From Lama glama (taxonomy: Eukaryota), in NCBI GenBank assembly GCA_028534125.1, contig CM052817.1, positions 105,526,001 to 105,590,000 on the forward strand: DNA of 64,000 nt, in the 5' to 3' direction. The notes under the pieces were generated by a model that was not told where the DNA came from, made no database searches, and saw only the letters and a program-made list of their open reading frames with translations. Below, in pieces: positions 1-13,058 of the stretch. Positions within the stretch are counted from its first letter, which is position 1. Every line of letters starts with the position of its first letter. Position numbers and translations under genes: made by a program.

Positions 1-3000
1 CAGAACAAAAGCAAGTCAAGTGTTTTACGTAGTATCAAAAATATACAAATAATCAGGCTTATTTTGTAGTTCAATATTTTGTTAAGCCAAACAGTTTTGA
101 TTTCGCATATGATTTTTCAAGTAGATAAAGCATTATTATTTGAGTTTGATCAACAGCAATTAATTTGGTTACCTTTCTACTAGGAGTTCCCATTCCACTT
201 TTATGCATTTCAATAAGCATTGGCATAATACAAGCTACACTTTGACCAAGGTGTGTTACATTCATTATCCTGTCTCTGGAGCAGTTTCAGTGCCAGCTTC
301 TCTGATTTTTATTTCATCCTTATTGATAAATACTTGTCTTCAGTGTGTTCTCTGAAAGAGTTAAATGAACATCCTCTCTCCATGTTCATTCAAGACTCTC
401 TTTATTTTGTCATTGAGAAAAATCATCACTAAGTATATTATGAATTATTATCTCACAATTATTGAGCCAAATTACATGTGTGATAAAAGCTTTTTGGTTT
501 TCAAAAGCCAACAACGTGAGGTGATGCATTGTCAGGATTATTTAGAGGTTAACGGCTACTTCTGAACACAAGGATTTTGTTCAGTTGACCATTTCCCTCT
601 TATTTTCTCAGGTAAAATTGACACTCAAAAGAAAATAAAGTATCATACAAAAAATATAGCTTGTAAGTCATAAAATAATCTATATGCATTCCTATCCAAT
701 ACAATAAGAGAATATATGTGATATAACTATTATCAGATAAATAATGGTCTTCCTCTTTAAAATATTATATCCACTATCATTTAGAAACTATAAAAAAATA
801 GTTTTCTCATTTTTTATTCAGCCTCAATCAATATGATCATCTGTCCATCATATGTTCAAAAGAAGAATAGCACTGAAATTTTAAAACATGTTAGCCTTAA
901 ATAGTCGATCCTTAAAATTTGTCATACTGATTATCTTTAAATGTATCACATTTGGCCATTTTAAAATTTAGAATTATAAAGGTTATTATAAAGTAGTTGA
1001 TTCAGAAAAAACTGAAAATCACACCCTTCTTTCTCTACTTTTTCCTTTAAAACCAATCAATGAATAGAAGTCAGTAGTTGATGTTATGAACTTATTTCAT
1101 AAGTTCTTTCTTATTATAAGTTCTTTTCTTATTATTAAACATTTTATGTTTCAACATAAAATAAAATAAGAGTTAATGCTGTTTTCAGTTTCAAAATAAA
1201 TATATAGACTTTGCTTAATTTTGTTAGGCATCTTTGATGCTTAATTTTTAATTTTTAATCCATCCTTTTAATTTATTATGAAATATGACAAATATGGTGT
1301 TTGAGAGCTGCTTCATACTTGTGTCCGAATGGTGATAAAAAGACTCTGAAAAGTCTTGATGTCTCATGGTATTGTTGCAGAAGGAGCTTATAAGGTAGAA
1401 GAGCTGTCCCATGCTTCGTGGCCCTTCCTTCTCTTCCTCTTCAACTGCAGGTCCAGATTGCCTTCTCAGCTCATCCTCTTAGCTGTGGGCACCTGCCTCT
1501 GCATGAGACCACAAGGGGTGACTCACAGCCACACTTCACTTCCCTTTTCTTTAGTTTCCATAAAGCTAGCACACAGTGCTGTACGGACAAACCAGGTATT
1601 ATTAAAGGGTTAGATTTACTAAAGAGGATTATAAATTGATTACAAAAAGCAAAACCCTGATCTGTAAATTGGACATTTCCCATAAACCAAAGCAGAAGCT
1701 CGCAGAGAGTCAATTTGATTCCTCTGTGGATTTCCCTGGTGACCAGTCCTGCTTACTCTACCTGCTCTCTGGTTCTCTAGGAAACTTCCTCCTTCTCCTC
1801 GGGTTCATTTTGTTAATCTCCACTCTATGGCTGGTGAGCTCCATTTCACAGGATTGTCCAGAGTGAACAGTGGACACTGCAAGTCCGAAGTTCCTTAGAG
1901 TACCTCTTCATTAACAGATGGGGCTTTATTCTTTAGAATGTCCAGGACTCAGAGTTTAATCCAACACACATACACACACACACACACACCAGATACCAGT
2001 AGGCTTCTATATCCACAGACATTCCTACCAAGATCTAATTTGCAGCACAAATTCTCTCACAACCCTGTTCAGATTAGGCACACTCTCCCATGGCTCTGTA
2101 GAAATAGGGGGGAAAAACCCAAAATTCTTGTAATTACTGTTTCTTGGCAACATAATAGAGAAGAATGGAAATTTCCTTGGCATGATCATTATTATTCCCT
2201 TTACTTGTCTCCCAGGAGGAGTATATGAGGTCACTTTTTTATTTCCATTCCATTTTCCAATACCAAATTATCATCAATAATGTCTAGGCACGGAATGAAA
2301 TAGATGGTTTTTTCAGGTACTACAAAATATGTTAGTGTTAATAAAAGCACAACTGCTTGTTAAGTGGTAGACTGATTCCATTAAATAAAGAACTATTTGG
2401 GGAGTTCCATTTTATCTGCATAGTCAATTTGCGTAATAATGTTACTTCTTCTTAAGCAAGAAAATTTTTCATAATGTATGTTTTTACTAAGACAAAATGG
2501 TAGCAAAACAGTGAGCTAGAAGACACTAGTAAACTATTTTCTGAAGATTCTTACAGCATTAAACATGTTTATTTTGGTAACTGTAAGCAAATGGCATGCT
2601 GTAATCAGGTGTACTGTTATAAAATTGATATGATTGCTTTTTGAGAGTTTAAATATGTTAAATTTCATTTAAAAAGAGTTACATACCCTCAAATATTAAG
2701 TTTACTGAGAGAATCCTATTCTCATAACTGTGGAAACCTAGTTTTTATGTTTCCTGAATACAGAAGTAGAAAGACTGATAAATAATCTCTCAAATTATGC
2801 TGTTTTTTTTTTTCCTTACTTTTTGGGGGAGTTGAAGTTAAGCCTAGATTAAACTATTCCATTAGAAAACAGAGTTTTAAAAAGAGAAACAAATAAAAAA
2901 TTTGACCCGCCTTCTTTATAAAAATGAATATACAATATAAATTTTTACTTTGTTCCAAATTATAAAAAAAGAAAGTGCTCATATAGTTTATAATGCTTAA

Positions 3001-3119
3001 AAGAAAAAAACATATTTCTCATCCATTAAAATGAATTTACAATAACATTATTTAATTTTCAAAGATCTGTTTGTATTTTCCCATTGAAGGTACAATGTGG
3101 ATTAGTGAACAGATGGAAA

Positions 3120-3285
3120 ACGATGTGTCAGTGGGGCTCATCAGTCATTGCAGAGGCGCCATCTGATGTGGAATGTGGATAACAGAGAGGGCTGTGCATG
3201 TGCAGGGCAGGGGGCTTATGGGAAATCTCTGAACCTTCCTCTTAGTTTTGCTGCGAACATAAAACTGCTCAAAAAATAACTCATA
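3120..3285 (+). mobile_element. Ancient L1M (L1MC-like) 3' end
   Basis: gggctgtgcatgtgcagggcaggggg..tatgggaaatctctg..ttttgctgcgaacataaaactgctc-A-rich is a typical old L1M 3' terminus. Confidence 0.7.
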
Positions 3286-3956
3286 AAATAATAGATGATC
3301 TTAAAATTAATACATGTATATTTACATATTTATATTTTTTCCTTTCACTTGGAAACTAGCAGTTTTTTGGCTTGGTTTTTCCTTATTTGTTTGCTTTGCA
3401 GTAGATACTTATATCCTCCCAAGTTCCATTTCTTCTGTTTTGAAATGAGAGTCATAGTGTTTTCATCAACAATTTTCACTTACCTAGCATAAAACTCCTA
3501 GTAGTACAATGTTCAGCTTCAAATCTGAAATCCTTCCAAATCTCTGCGGCTGCTACAGTCAAGTGCAAGCAAGAAAATGTAAATTAGTGTTGAATCAAAA
3601 TGTATGGACAGTAGGCCCAGTATTCTGGCTAATGAGCCGAATCCATCATTTCAGAGGAAGGGTTAGACTTGTGAGAATCTGGCCCAAAGGGGACATAGAA
3701 GGTTAACAATTGAAGATGATTTGGAGAGCAGCAAACTTTCTGTACTAAGTTTTCATATGAAGCGTTGATTGAGGTCATTTATTAAGGATCCCAGGGTAGG
3801 AAAATCTTGATTTTTTAAATATATTCTTTAGAAAAAGTTAATTTAAATATATTTAAAGAAAACTAGAATGAATTTTAAATAAAGAAGTTAGATTATATTA
3901 AATAAATAAAACAGAAATAAAATGGAAAATATCCCCTATAAGAAACTGTTTCATAG

Positions 3957-4248
3957 TTTTTAATTTTTTATTGAAGTATAGTTGATTTATAATTGTTAGT
4001 TTCAGGTATACAGCAAAGTGGTTCACTTACACATATACATACACATATATATTTTCTTTTCAGAGTCTTCTCTATTGTATGTTGCTACAGGAAATTGAAT
4101 ATAATTCCCTGAGCTATACAGTTGGTCCTTGTTGTTTATCTATTTTATATATAGTAATGTGTATCTGTTTAATCCCTGAGTCCTAATTTATCTTTTCCTG
4201 CCCTTTCCCCTTTGGTAACCATAGTTTGTTTTCTATGTTCGTGAGTTC
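3957..4248 (-). mobile_element. L1 3' UTR fragment
   Basis: tttttattgaagtatagttgattt..tttcccctttggtaaccatag: artiodactyl-type L1 3' end, antisense. Confidence 0.85.
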
Positions 4249-5034
4249 TAGAAAAAAAAAACAAATATTTTAGATTTAGATGCTTAATATTTCCTATTTC
4301 TCATTTGCTGTAAATGGGTTCACAAAGTATTACATACCTGGAAAAGTCTCAAAGCAACTCATTTATAATTCCTTTGACACTGTATTCTAGAAACAAAGTT
4401 TCCAATAGAACATGGATCCATTTTAATTCTCAGAGGAATATTAGCCTCATACAAAGCTCCTCTGTTGTATAATTCAATATGTGCAAACACAAGAAAAGAA
4501 TTGAAGCCACAAAACACAGAAACTGAGTAAGACTGGCATGAATCTTATTTACAGTCATGAAGAAGATTGCCATCAAATAACAAAAGCATTCATCTTGCAA
4601 AAGCAGAATAGAGCTCATATACACACAATAGGACAATGTGCAGGCACTCACACAATTCCAACCAATGCTGATTTAGAACATTCTCAGCTGAAAACACTCC
4701 TAATTTCTCATGCAAAAGGAATATATGAAAAAATAAAACACTAGTTTTACATCTACATATAAGGAGAGGTGACTATCGTGTTACTGGCAGGTCACACAGG
4801 AGCCCATCGCCACTTTCTCTCTCTGAAGCCTCTGTGTGATGCAGATCATTCGAGACCCCCTCCATCACTGCATATCCTGGATCTGTAATTCCTTGGAAGG
4901 CAGTTTTAATCACTGGCCAACTGCTGTCCCCCAACTTCAGTATAAATGCCTGTGGAAATAAATGAATAGTTACACATAGAAGAGTAAAATTTTTGTTTGC
5001 TTTAATTTCAAGTTGGAAGGAAACCATTGCTTCT

Positions 5035-5534
5035 NNNNNNNNNNNNNNNNNNNNNNNNNNNNNNNNNNNNNNNNNNNNNNNNNNNNNNNNNNNNNNNNNN
5101 NNNNNNNNNNNNNNNNNNNNNNNNNNNNNNNNNNNNNNNNNNNNNNNNNNNNNNNNNNNNNNNNNNNNNNNNNNNNNNNNNNNNNNNNNNNNNNNNNNNN
5201 NNNNNNNNNNNNNNNNNNNNNNNNNNNNNNNNNNNNNNNNNNNNNNNNNNNNNNNNNNNNNNNNNNNNNNNNNNNNNNNNNNNNNNNNNNNNNNNNNNNN
5301 NNNNNNNNNNNNNNNNNNNNNNNNNNNNNNNNNNNNNNNNNNNNNNNNNNNNNNNNNNNNNNNNNNNNNNNNNNNNNNNNNNNNNNNNNNNNNNNNNNNN
5401 NNNNNNNNNNNNNNNNNNNNNNNNNNNNNNNNNNNNNNNNNNNNNNNNNNNNNNNNNNNNNNNNNNNNNNNNNNNNNNNNNNNNNNNNNNNNNNNNNNNN
5501 NNNNNNNNNNNNNNNNNNNNNNNNNNNNNNNNNN
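5035..5534. other. Assembly gap (500 N)
   Basis: Run of exactly 500 n. Confidence 1.
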
Positions 5535-6065
5535 TATCTTTCAAAAAATTTTTATAATTCAGACTTGCTTTGCTTAAAATACCTATTTTTGTTCTTCCTT
5601 TCAAATTTTTAAATCACTGACAAGATGAAAAAGGAGACAAGTCACGTATCACTGAACATGATGAAGTGGTAATTGCTAGCTTTTTAAAGATTGCTGGGCT
5701 AGAAAGATCAGGTCTGAGGGCAGAGTCATTCCGAAGTGTGCGTTTAAAACCCACGGAGCTGAAAATCTGACACGCTTAGCATCCTAAACTATTCTCAACT
5801 GTCTCTGCCTCTTGGCCCCACACTTCTCAACATTCACCTCCAGGAAAGTGATGGGTAGAGGACAATGAAACATTCATTTTAAGAGAGTTATTGAAGGGAG
5901 GTTATAAAAATAGAGAGGATGGGATCCAGTGGACACTTAAAACTTTCTTCATCCGAAATTTTATAAACACACTTCAGTGTTATGGCCACACACCTTCACA
6001 GGATATTAAAGGACAACTTCAAAGCAGACAGCGGGGTCCAGGGTTATTTAAAGTAAACCGTGGAA

Positions 6066-6137
6066 GACACAAATGAACCTCTTTACAAAGCAGAAACAGA
6101 CTGACAGACATAGAAAACACACTTATGGTTACCAGGG
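6066..6137 (+). mobile_element. Short L1 3' UTR fragment
   Basis: gacacaaatgaacctctttacaaagcagaaacagactgacagacatagaaaac..ttatggttacca matches the other L1 3' UTRs in the window. Confidence 0.75.
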
Positions 6138-6699
6138 TCTGGTAACTTCCAGTGATAGTCTACTCGGTTTTACGGTTTGTCTTTTTAATATTGCCCTGGG
6201 CATTATTACAATGAGGTACCCTTCTCATTCCTGTGCGACACACGATGGAGATTAATATGTATTATGTCATGGTAGGAATCTAAGCAGTCATGCAGCTAAA
6301 TCCTAGAAGGACAGGAGATATATTCACAAGAAGCATGAACAGTTTTCTTTCCTAGTGGTGGAAAGATTTCAGTGCCTTGAAGTTCTCTTCTGGTCAAACC
6401 TTCCCTCTCCACAATTATTAACCAGGAAGAGGAGCAAGAGGAAGACAGAGAAAGTATTATGTATATTCATATATGTAATAGACTGTTACAAATGCCATTT
6501 CCAATAAATTATTTGAAACAGAAAAGAATAAAGTGCACAGATAGAATTACGTGATTCTTCTTCCCAGGCTCCACTGTGTACCTCCATTTCTCTTCCTTTC
6601 TCTACTGGTACCCGTTACTCTTTCTTATAGTGATACATGAGTCCTGCGTGATAGACGCCTTCAGTTATATTGAGTATGTCCCAATCCTTATCTCTGTCT

Positions 6700-7280
6700 T
6701 TCTTCTGAGCTCAAATCCAAACAAACCCACATGCACAGAGTTTGATAAATTAACTTACATGTTCCCACAAATGGCATCTTAAATTCAAAAGACGCCCACA
6801 TTTTCATCACCCCATCCAAGCTATGGTCACTCCTGGATTTCCTCTATGAGGTAAGCACCAATTGTCCAAGCTTAGATCTTTACACTTAGTGTATTCTTCC
6901 CCTGCCCTAAGCAGACAATTCGTTATCAATGGGACAATTCTATGTAACCAAATATCTCTCAAAAAATACCCTTCTCATCCACATTTGTACTAATTGTTTC
7001 ATCCTTCAGCATTGATTGCCTAGATTATTGCGAGTCTCCTAATTAATACTTCTGTTTCAAAAATCCTCTGCTTAATTTCTGACTTTTCACAAGGTGGTAT
7101 TTCTAAATTTGGAAATTGTTGCTGTCTTGCTGTAGGTGTCTCCATGACTCTCTCTGACTTTGGGGATCAAGCTGGGCTTCTGAGGATCTGTTCCCTGCTT
7201 CCCCTTTGTGCATAATTCTAATTGCTCTCCTGTTTCCTATTTGTTTCACTTTCCATCCTCATAAATTTTTGACTCAACAC
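6700..7280 (+). mobile_element. Degenerate L2 fragment
   Basis: Pyrimidine-rich with L2-like motifs (ggcatcttaaattcaa, cctagattattgc..ctcctaa). Confidence 0.5.
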
Positions 7281-7314
7281 ACGTGGAACTTGCCTTGCAT
7301 TGTTTTAAACCATG

Positions 7315-7771
7315 GTTTTATTTTAGTTATTTTTAAAAATTATTATTTATTAAAAATTTAGGGGGAGAGGAGGCAATTTATTCATTTATTTTATTATCAT
7401 GTTTTGTTTTGGAGGGAGGGAGGTAATTAAGGTTTTTTAATTGAAGTATAGGCTGTTTACAATGTTGTGGCAATTTCTGGTGTAGAGCATAATATTTCAG
7501 TCATGCATACACATATATATATATATTTGTTTTCATATTCTTTTCCATTATTAGGTTACTACAAGATATTGAATATAGTTCCCTGTGCTGTACAGTAGAA
7601 ATGTGTTGTTTATCTGTTGCACATACAGTAGTTAGTATCTGCAAATTTCAAACTCCCAGTTTATCCCTTCCCACCCCCATGATTATTATATTTGAATGGA
7701 GGTACTGAGGATTGAACCCAGGACCTTATGCATGCTAAGCATGCACTTTACCACTAAGCTGTATCCTCCCC
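7315..7771 (-). mobile_element. tRNA-Ala-derived camelid SINE (vic-1-like) interrupted by an L1 3' fragment (~7433-7680)
   Basis: tRNA-like head 7771-7698 (ggggaggatacagcttagtggtaaagtgcatgcttagcatgc..gggttcaatcc, A/B boxes); tail motif ggaggtaatt; flanking ttttaa(a)ccatg TSD-like repeat. Confidence 0.8.
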
Positions 7772-8613
7772 TCTTTTAACCATGATTATAAAAAAGCTAC
7801 TCTCTTTTCCTTGGACACTTCTTTGTCTCTTTTCTTTAGTTCAAGTTTTGCAAAATGAAGACATCACCTTTTTCAGAAAACCTTCTCATCATTTGTTTCT
7901 ACTTGCTTCTCTCATGAAATTGTAATGACCAGGGGAGGCCAACACCGTGGCGGGCAGTGGGAGGGGCATGAGGGGGAAATGCACATACTGTCTACACACA
8001 GCAGACAATGTATTTGATTAGAGAAAAATTCTACCTGATTTCATGGAAAGCTGTGGGGTCCGAGTCAGGGACAGAGCTGTCTGGGACCAAATGAAAATGC
8101 TGAGAAAACTGTTCAGCAGTTTAACAGGTTGATCATTCAGTGAAATGAATAAGGTGAAATGGTATTTCGCAAATTGGCCAGCCTCTCTTTGTTCAGTAAT
8201 TTCCCTCCCTTACAAAACTACTGAAGCAGAATCACACATGTCTACCTGGGGCTAGGACTCAATCTGATTCTGGCTGAATTTAAATTAGGAGCAGATACGT
8301 TCGCACATCATCTCTCTTTCTCTAATTTTGACTCCCTATGTGTGAAAAATGAACAATAATTCAAATTATTTGAAAATGTATTGAGACAAAAATAACTGAA
8401 GACCATGATTATGTCAAAATAGAGAGTCTTATGATGTAAATAAAGAAGGCAGTTGTTAAACACTGTTTATAAATTCAGCAAAAGCAGGCTTTCTCACCAG
8501 GATAAACCCTCAGTCATTATAAATTTCACATTTGATTCAGTACAGTAGCATTATATTGGCTTCCTTGTTCAACATCATTATAGGCAGGCAATGTCTCTGA
8601 CAATCAGAGTATC

Positions 8614-8717
8614 TTTTTTAAATTTATGTGTTTATTTTTAATTGGAGGTACTGGGGATTGAACACAGAACCTCGTGCATTCTAAGCATGTGCCTTACCAG
8701 CAAGCTCTACCCTCCCC
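8614..8717 (-). mobile_element. tRNA-Ala-derived camelid SINE (vic-1-like, short)
   Basis: ggaggtactggggattgaac..gtgcattctaagcatgtgccttaccagcaagctctaccctcccc with T-rich tail. Confidence 0.8.
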
Positions 8718-9299
8718 GAGAATATCTCTTGAAAACATTTCATTTCTCTTTAGTTTTTAAACTAAAAAATCTTGTACGTATGATGCGAAAGATTAATTAT
8801 GCTTTCATTGTACTTTAATGCTTTTCTTCATCCAGACACAGACACAATAAAAATTAATGAAAATCTTTTCTTTCTGTGTTTTGATTTCTCGCCAGAGCAT
8901 TGATTGACTTTTCGTAGGTCAGAATTTCTTAATTGTAATAACTTCCTTCATTGGTAGCCTTTCGAGGATATCAGCTCCCAGATGAACTGTTTTATCTATA
9001 TAGTTACTTCATAAATTAGCTAACTATTTATGTGTAACGAATGTACTTTCCATGTTTATGATAATGAAAAGAATGACGGTACATTTCAGTCTTTATAAAA
9101 TAACAATCATTGGTGACAGCAGTCGAGTTAAAATTTCTATTCATATTTTCTTCTAGCTTATTTTTGTGGGCGTAGTATACATTTAGTTATTTTTTCAGAA
9201 TTGGGTTCAGATTATTTGAGTTTAATTTTTTCAGTAATCATCACATCAAAATCGTCCATGTCACCAAATAGTTTTTTTTTTTTAGTTTGAATCCATTAT

Positions 9300-9510
9300 A
9301 GAAGCAGAGTAGTTTAGCGCACGGTCGAACCAGATAGCCTGTGTGCGCGCCCTTGACCCTACGACTTGCTTTTTTACTTTGGGTGGATTACTTAACCAGT
9401 TTGGGCTCCTTTTTTCTCAGCTATGAAGTGGGGTGGTAATGGAAATTAAATGAGTTAATATATATCAAGTGCATAGAAAGTGCTTAGAACATTGCCCGGT
9501 ACACACAATC
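9300..9510 (+). mobile_element. MIR SINE
   Basis: ttacttaacc..attaaatgagttaatat..aagtgcttagaacattgcccggtacac core and 3' motifs. Confidence 0.75.
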
Positions 9511-10671
9511 ACTATTATCATTATTCCCATGATTTAGGGAATCTTTCTCCTTGAATATTCAAATGCCTCCAAGGACTGAAGTATTGACTTTTCAAAACTT
9601 TATTCGAATCATGAAGTTTGTCTTTTCACAGATGCGCCGAATTACATTCCTCTCAATGCTTGCTGTCATTGAATCTTATGAAGATAATGTCTTTTTCAAA
9701 AAATATGTTTATATATTAATTATGTATTAGGTAATATTTTCATATATTTTATTTATATATTCTATTCTCCCTTGCAAGTAACTTTTTATATACTAACAAT
9801 TTTTAATTCTAGATTTCGATTTGCTATTGTTTTAACTTTTACAATGCTCAAAGTCGGTCGAACTATTGTGATACCTGCAAACTTGGATTTTCTTTTTGCT
9901 CTTGAGTTTTTTTTTTTTAAGTAGTTGCTGCATACACATGGTATGAAATAAATAATATTGAAGAATTTATAGACTTAATGGCACAGAAGAGTTTTGCCCT
10001 TTCCCTTTTCCCCAAAACAATTCACCTTCCTGGAGGAATCTATTTCACGATCCACTTAGGTGAATTTCTAGAGTTTCCTAAATAAGCACAGGCATATTAG
10101 AATATGATATTCGTGGGTATAAATTTTGCTTTTTCTATTAATTATATTGTAGAGATTTTCATATTGTCTTATGTATCAACCTCTTTAAAAATGTTTATAT
10201 CCTTTTGCCAAAATGCTGAGAATTTAATTTTGATTCCTGACACTTACCCAGACTATAACTCAAGAATGTTTTAAATATAGGATATGCAATTAGTAACTTT
10301 TCTTAAGAAAGATGTATGTGTAATTGTCTTTTTATTGTTTTCAGACAGAAACTAAAGCAAGCAAACAAACATATATAAATACAAAATGTTATGTCACAAG
10401 CATGGTCTGTATATTTTACAATGTCTTTTAACATTTTATGTTCCAGAAAAAACCTTTAAAATAATGTATGCTTTTATTCCTTTATATATATGTCTGTGTA
10501 TGTGTTTACACACGTACATATATGTTTGCATGTTTTGTCTATATTGTATGTGAATATCTTTTCACTAACTTTTCCATTTATTTTGTCTAAAATGTAATGA
10601 ACTTTCTTTATGTATACAGATAATTTTTCAGCTCCAAAAAATAGTTGTTTTTCCTATTAAAAATTGCATTA

Positions 10672-12665
10672 TACTATACGTAGGAAATCCTAATGATGCC
10701 ACCAGATAACTACTAGAGTTTATCAAGGAATTTGGTAAAGTTGCAGGATACAAAATAAATGTACAGAAATCAGTTGCATTTCTATACCCTAACAATAAAG
10801 CTTCAGAAAGAGAAGTCAAAGAAACAATCCCATTTACCATAACATCATAAAGAATAAAATACCTAGGAATTTTTGCCACCTAAGGAGGCAAAAGACCTGT
10901 ACTCTGAAAACTCTAAGACGCTGATGAAAGAAATTAAAGATGACACAAACAGATGGAAACATTTACCATGTTCTTGGGTAGGAAAAATCAGTATTGTTAA
11001 AATGACCATACTACCCAGAGTAATCTACAGATTCAATGCAATCCTTATCAAAATACTAATGGCATTTTTCACAAAACTAGAACAAATAATTATAAAATTT
11101 ATATGGAAACAAAAGACCCCAAATAGCCAAAACAGTTTTGAAAAAGAGGAACAGAGGAGTAATAATGCTCCCTGACTTCAGACTATACAACAAAGCTACA
11201 GTCATCAAAACAGTATGATACTGGCACAAAAACAGACATATAGATGAATGGAACAGAATAGAGAGCCCAGAAATAAACACACACACTTATGGTCAATTAA
11301 TCCATGAAAAAAAGATCCAAGAATGTACAATGGAGAAAAGACAGTCTCTTGAATAAGTGCTCTTGAGAAAACTGGACAGCTTCATGTAAAAGAATGAAAT
11401 GAGAACATGCTCTAACACTATATACAAAAATAAAGTCAAAATGGGTTAAAGATCTAAAGGTAAGACTGGATACTCTAAAATTCCTAGAGAAAAACATAGA
11501 ACACTCTTTGATGTAAATAACAGCAATTTTTTTTTTGGATTCATCTCCTAAAGCAAAGGAAATAAAAGCAAAAATAAATAAATGGGACCTAATTAAACGT
11601 AAAAGCTTTTATACCGCAAAGGAAACCATAAACAAAACAAAAATACAACATACAGAATGGGAGAAAATGTCTGCAAGTGATCCAGCTGACAAGGATTAGT
11701 ATCCAACATATGTAAATAGTTCAAACAACTCAACATCAAAAAAAAAAATTAAAAAATGGACAGGAGAACTGAATAGACATTTTTCCAAGGAGAACATGCA
11801 GATGGCCAATGGGAACATGAAAAGCTATTCAGCATTGCTAATTATCAGGGAAATGCAAATCAAAACCACAATGAGATATCATCTCACACCTGTCAGAATG
11901 GTTATCATCAAAAAGGAATACAAGTAACAAATGTTAGAAAGGAGGTGGGAAAAAAGGAATCCTTGTACACTGTTGGTGGGAATATAAATTGGTGCAGCCA
12001 CTGTGGAAAGCAGTATTGAGATTTCTCAAAAAAACTAAACATAGAGCTACTATATGACCCAGCAATTCCACTCATAGGTATATACCTGAAACAAGAGCAA
12101 AAACACTAATTCAATGAGATACAAGCACACTAATATTCATAGCAACAATATTTACAATTGCCAAGATATGGAAGCACCTAAGTGTCCAATAACAAATGAC
12201 TGAATAAAGATGATAAATGGATAGAGACTATCTATCTATCTATCTATCTATCCATCTATCTATCCATTTATATAATGGAATACTACTCAGCCATAAAGAA
12301 GAAATGAAACAATGCCATTTGCAGCAACACGGATGGACAAGGAGGGCATTATACTTAGTGAAATAAATCAGAGAATGACAAGTACTGTATAATATCACTG
12401 ATATGTGGGATCTAAAAAAAATAAGAAATTAGTGAATATAACAAAAAAAAAGCAGACTCACAGATAAAGAGAACAAATTAATGGTTGCCAGTGGTGGGGG
12501 GATGGGCAATATTGGGATCAGAGAGTGGGAGGCACAAACTATTGGGTGTAAGATAGGCTAAAGGATGTCTTATACAACACAGGGAATACAGCCAATGTTT
12601 TGTGATAACTACAAATGGAAAGTAGACTTTTAAAAATTGTATTAAAATAGAATAAATAGCCATTT
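10672..12665 (+). mobile_element. 5'-truncated L1 (ORF2 C-terminal part + 3' UTR), decayed
   Basis: ORF 10873-11175 ([51 protein letters not shown]) is L1 ORF2; 3' UTR and A-rich end; TSD-like aaaa(t)tgcattat on both sides. Confidence 0.95.
12228..12265. repeat. (TATC)n microsatellite within L1
   Basis: ctatctatctatc... run. Confidence 0.9.
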
Positions 12666-12876
12666 TTCATGAAAAATGCATTATTTACTGACAATATTCA
12701 TTTGATCATTCTGGCATCATTAATCATATTTGTGTGGCCTGCTCTCTGTCCTTATCTGTCACCTCTCTTCATTTACATTTTATTTTTCCTACATACAAAA
12801 AATTTCTCAAACTTTTTCTCAACATCACTCATTTGATATTTGTATTACCCAGTCTGCTCTTATTGTATTGACTGTA

Positions 12877-13058
12877 CAGCTGGCACAACGCAGGGGTTAA
12901 TCTGAGTATCATTTATAGTTGGCACCTGAATGGTATCCACAGTCCCTCTGCATCTGAGGATTCAACCAACCAAGGCATGTGTAGAATTTACAATTGAAAA
13001 ATATCCTCCTCCAAGTCGACCCTCAGAGTGCAAATCCGAGTTGTTCAATGATCAACTA
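12877..13058. mobile_element. TcMar-Tigger MITE (MER8/Tigger2a-like)
   Basis: TA-cagctg..acaacgcaggggtt start and gttgttcaatgatcaact end resemble Tigger2/MER8 terminal inverted repeats. Confidence 0.7.

Noticed and set aside
1325..2230. Moderately GC-richer block with several short ORFs
   Set aside because: No recognisable protein similarity or splice structure; perhaps an old LTR-type repeat, but I cannot assign it.
4993..5612. Four long ORFs of 176-199 aa
   Set aside because: Artefacts of translating through the 500-N gap.
7698..7771. tRNA-Ala genes here and at 8644-8717 and 26003-26079
   Set aside because: Diverged copies with A-rich tails and TSD-like flanks; these are SINE heads, not tRNA genes.
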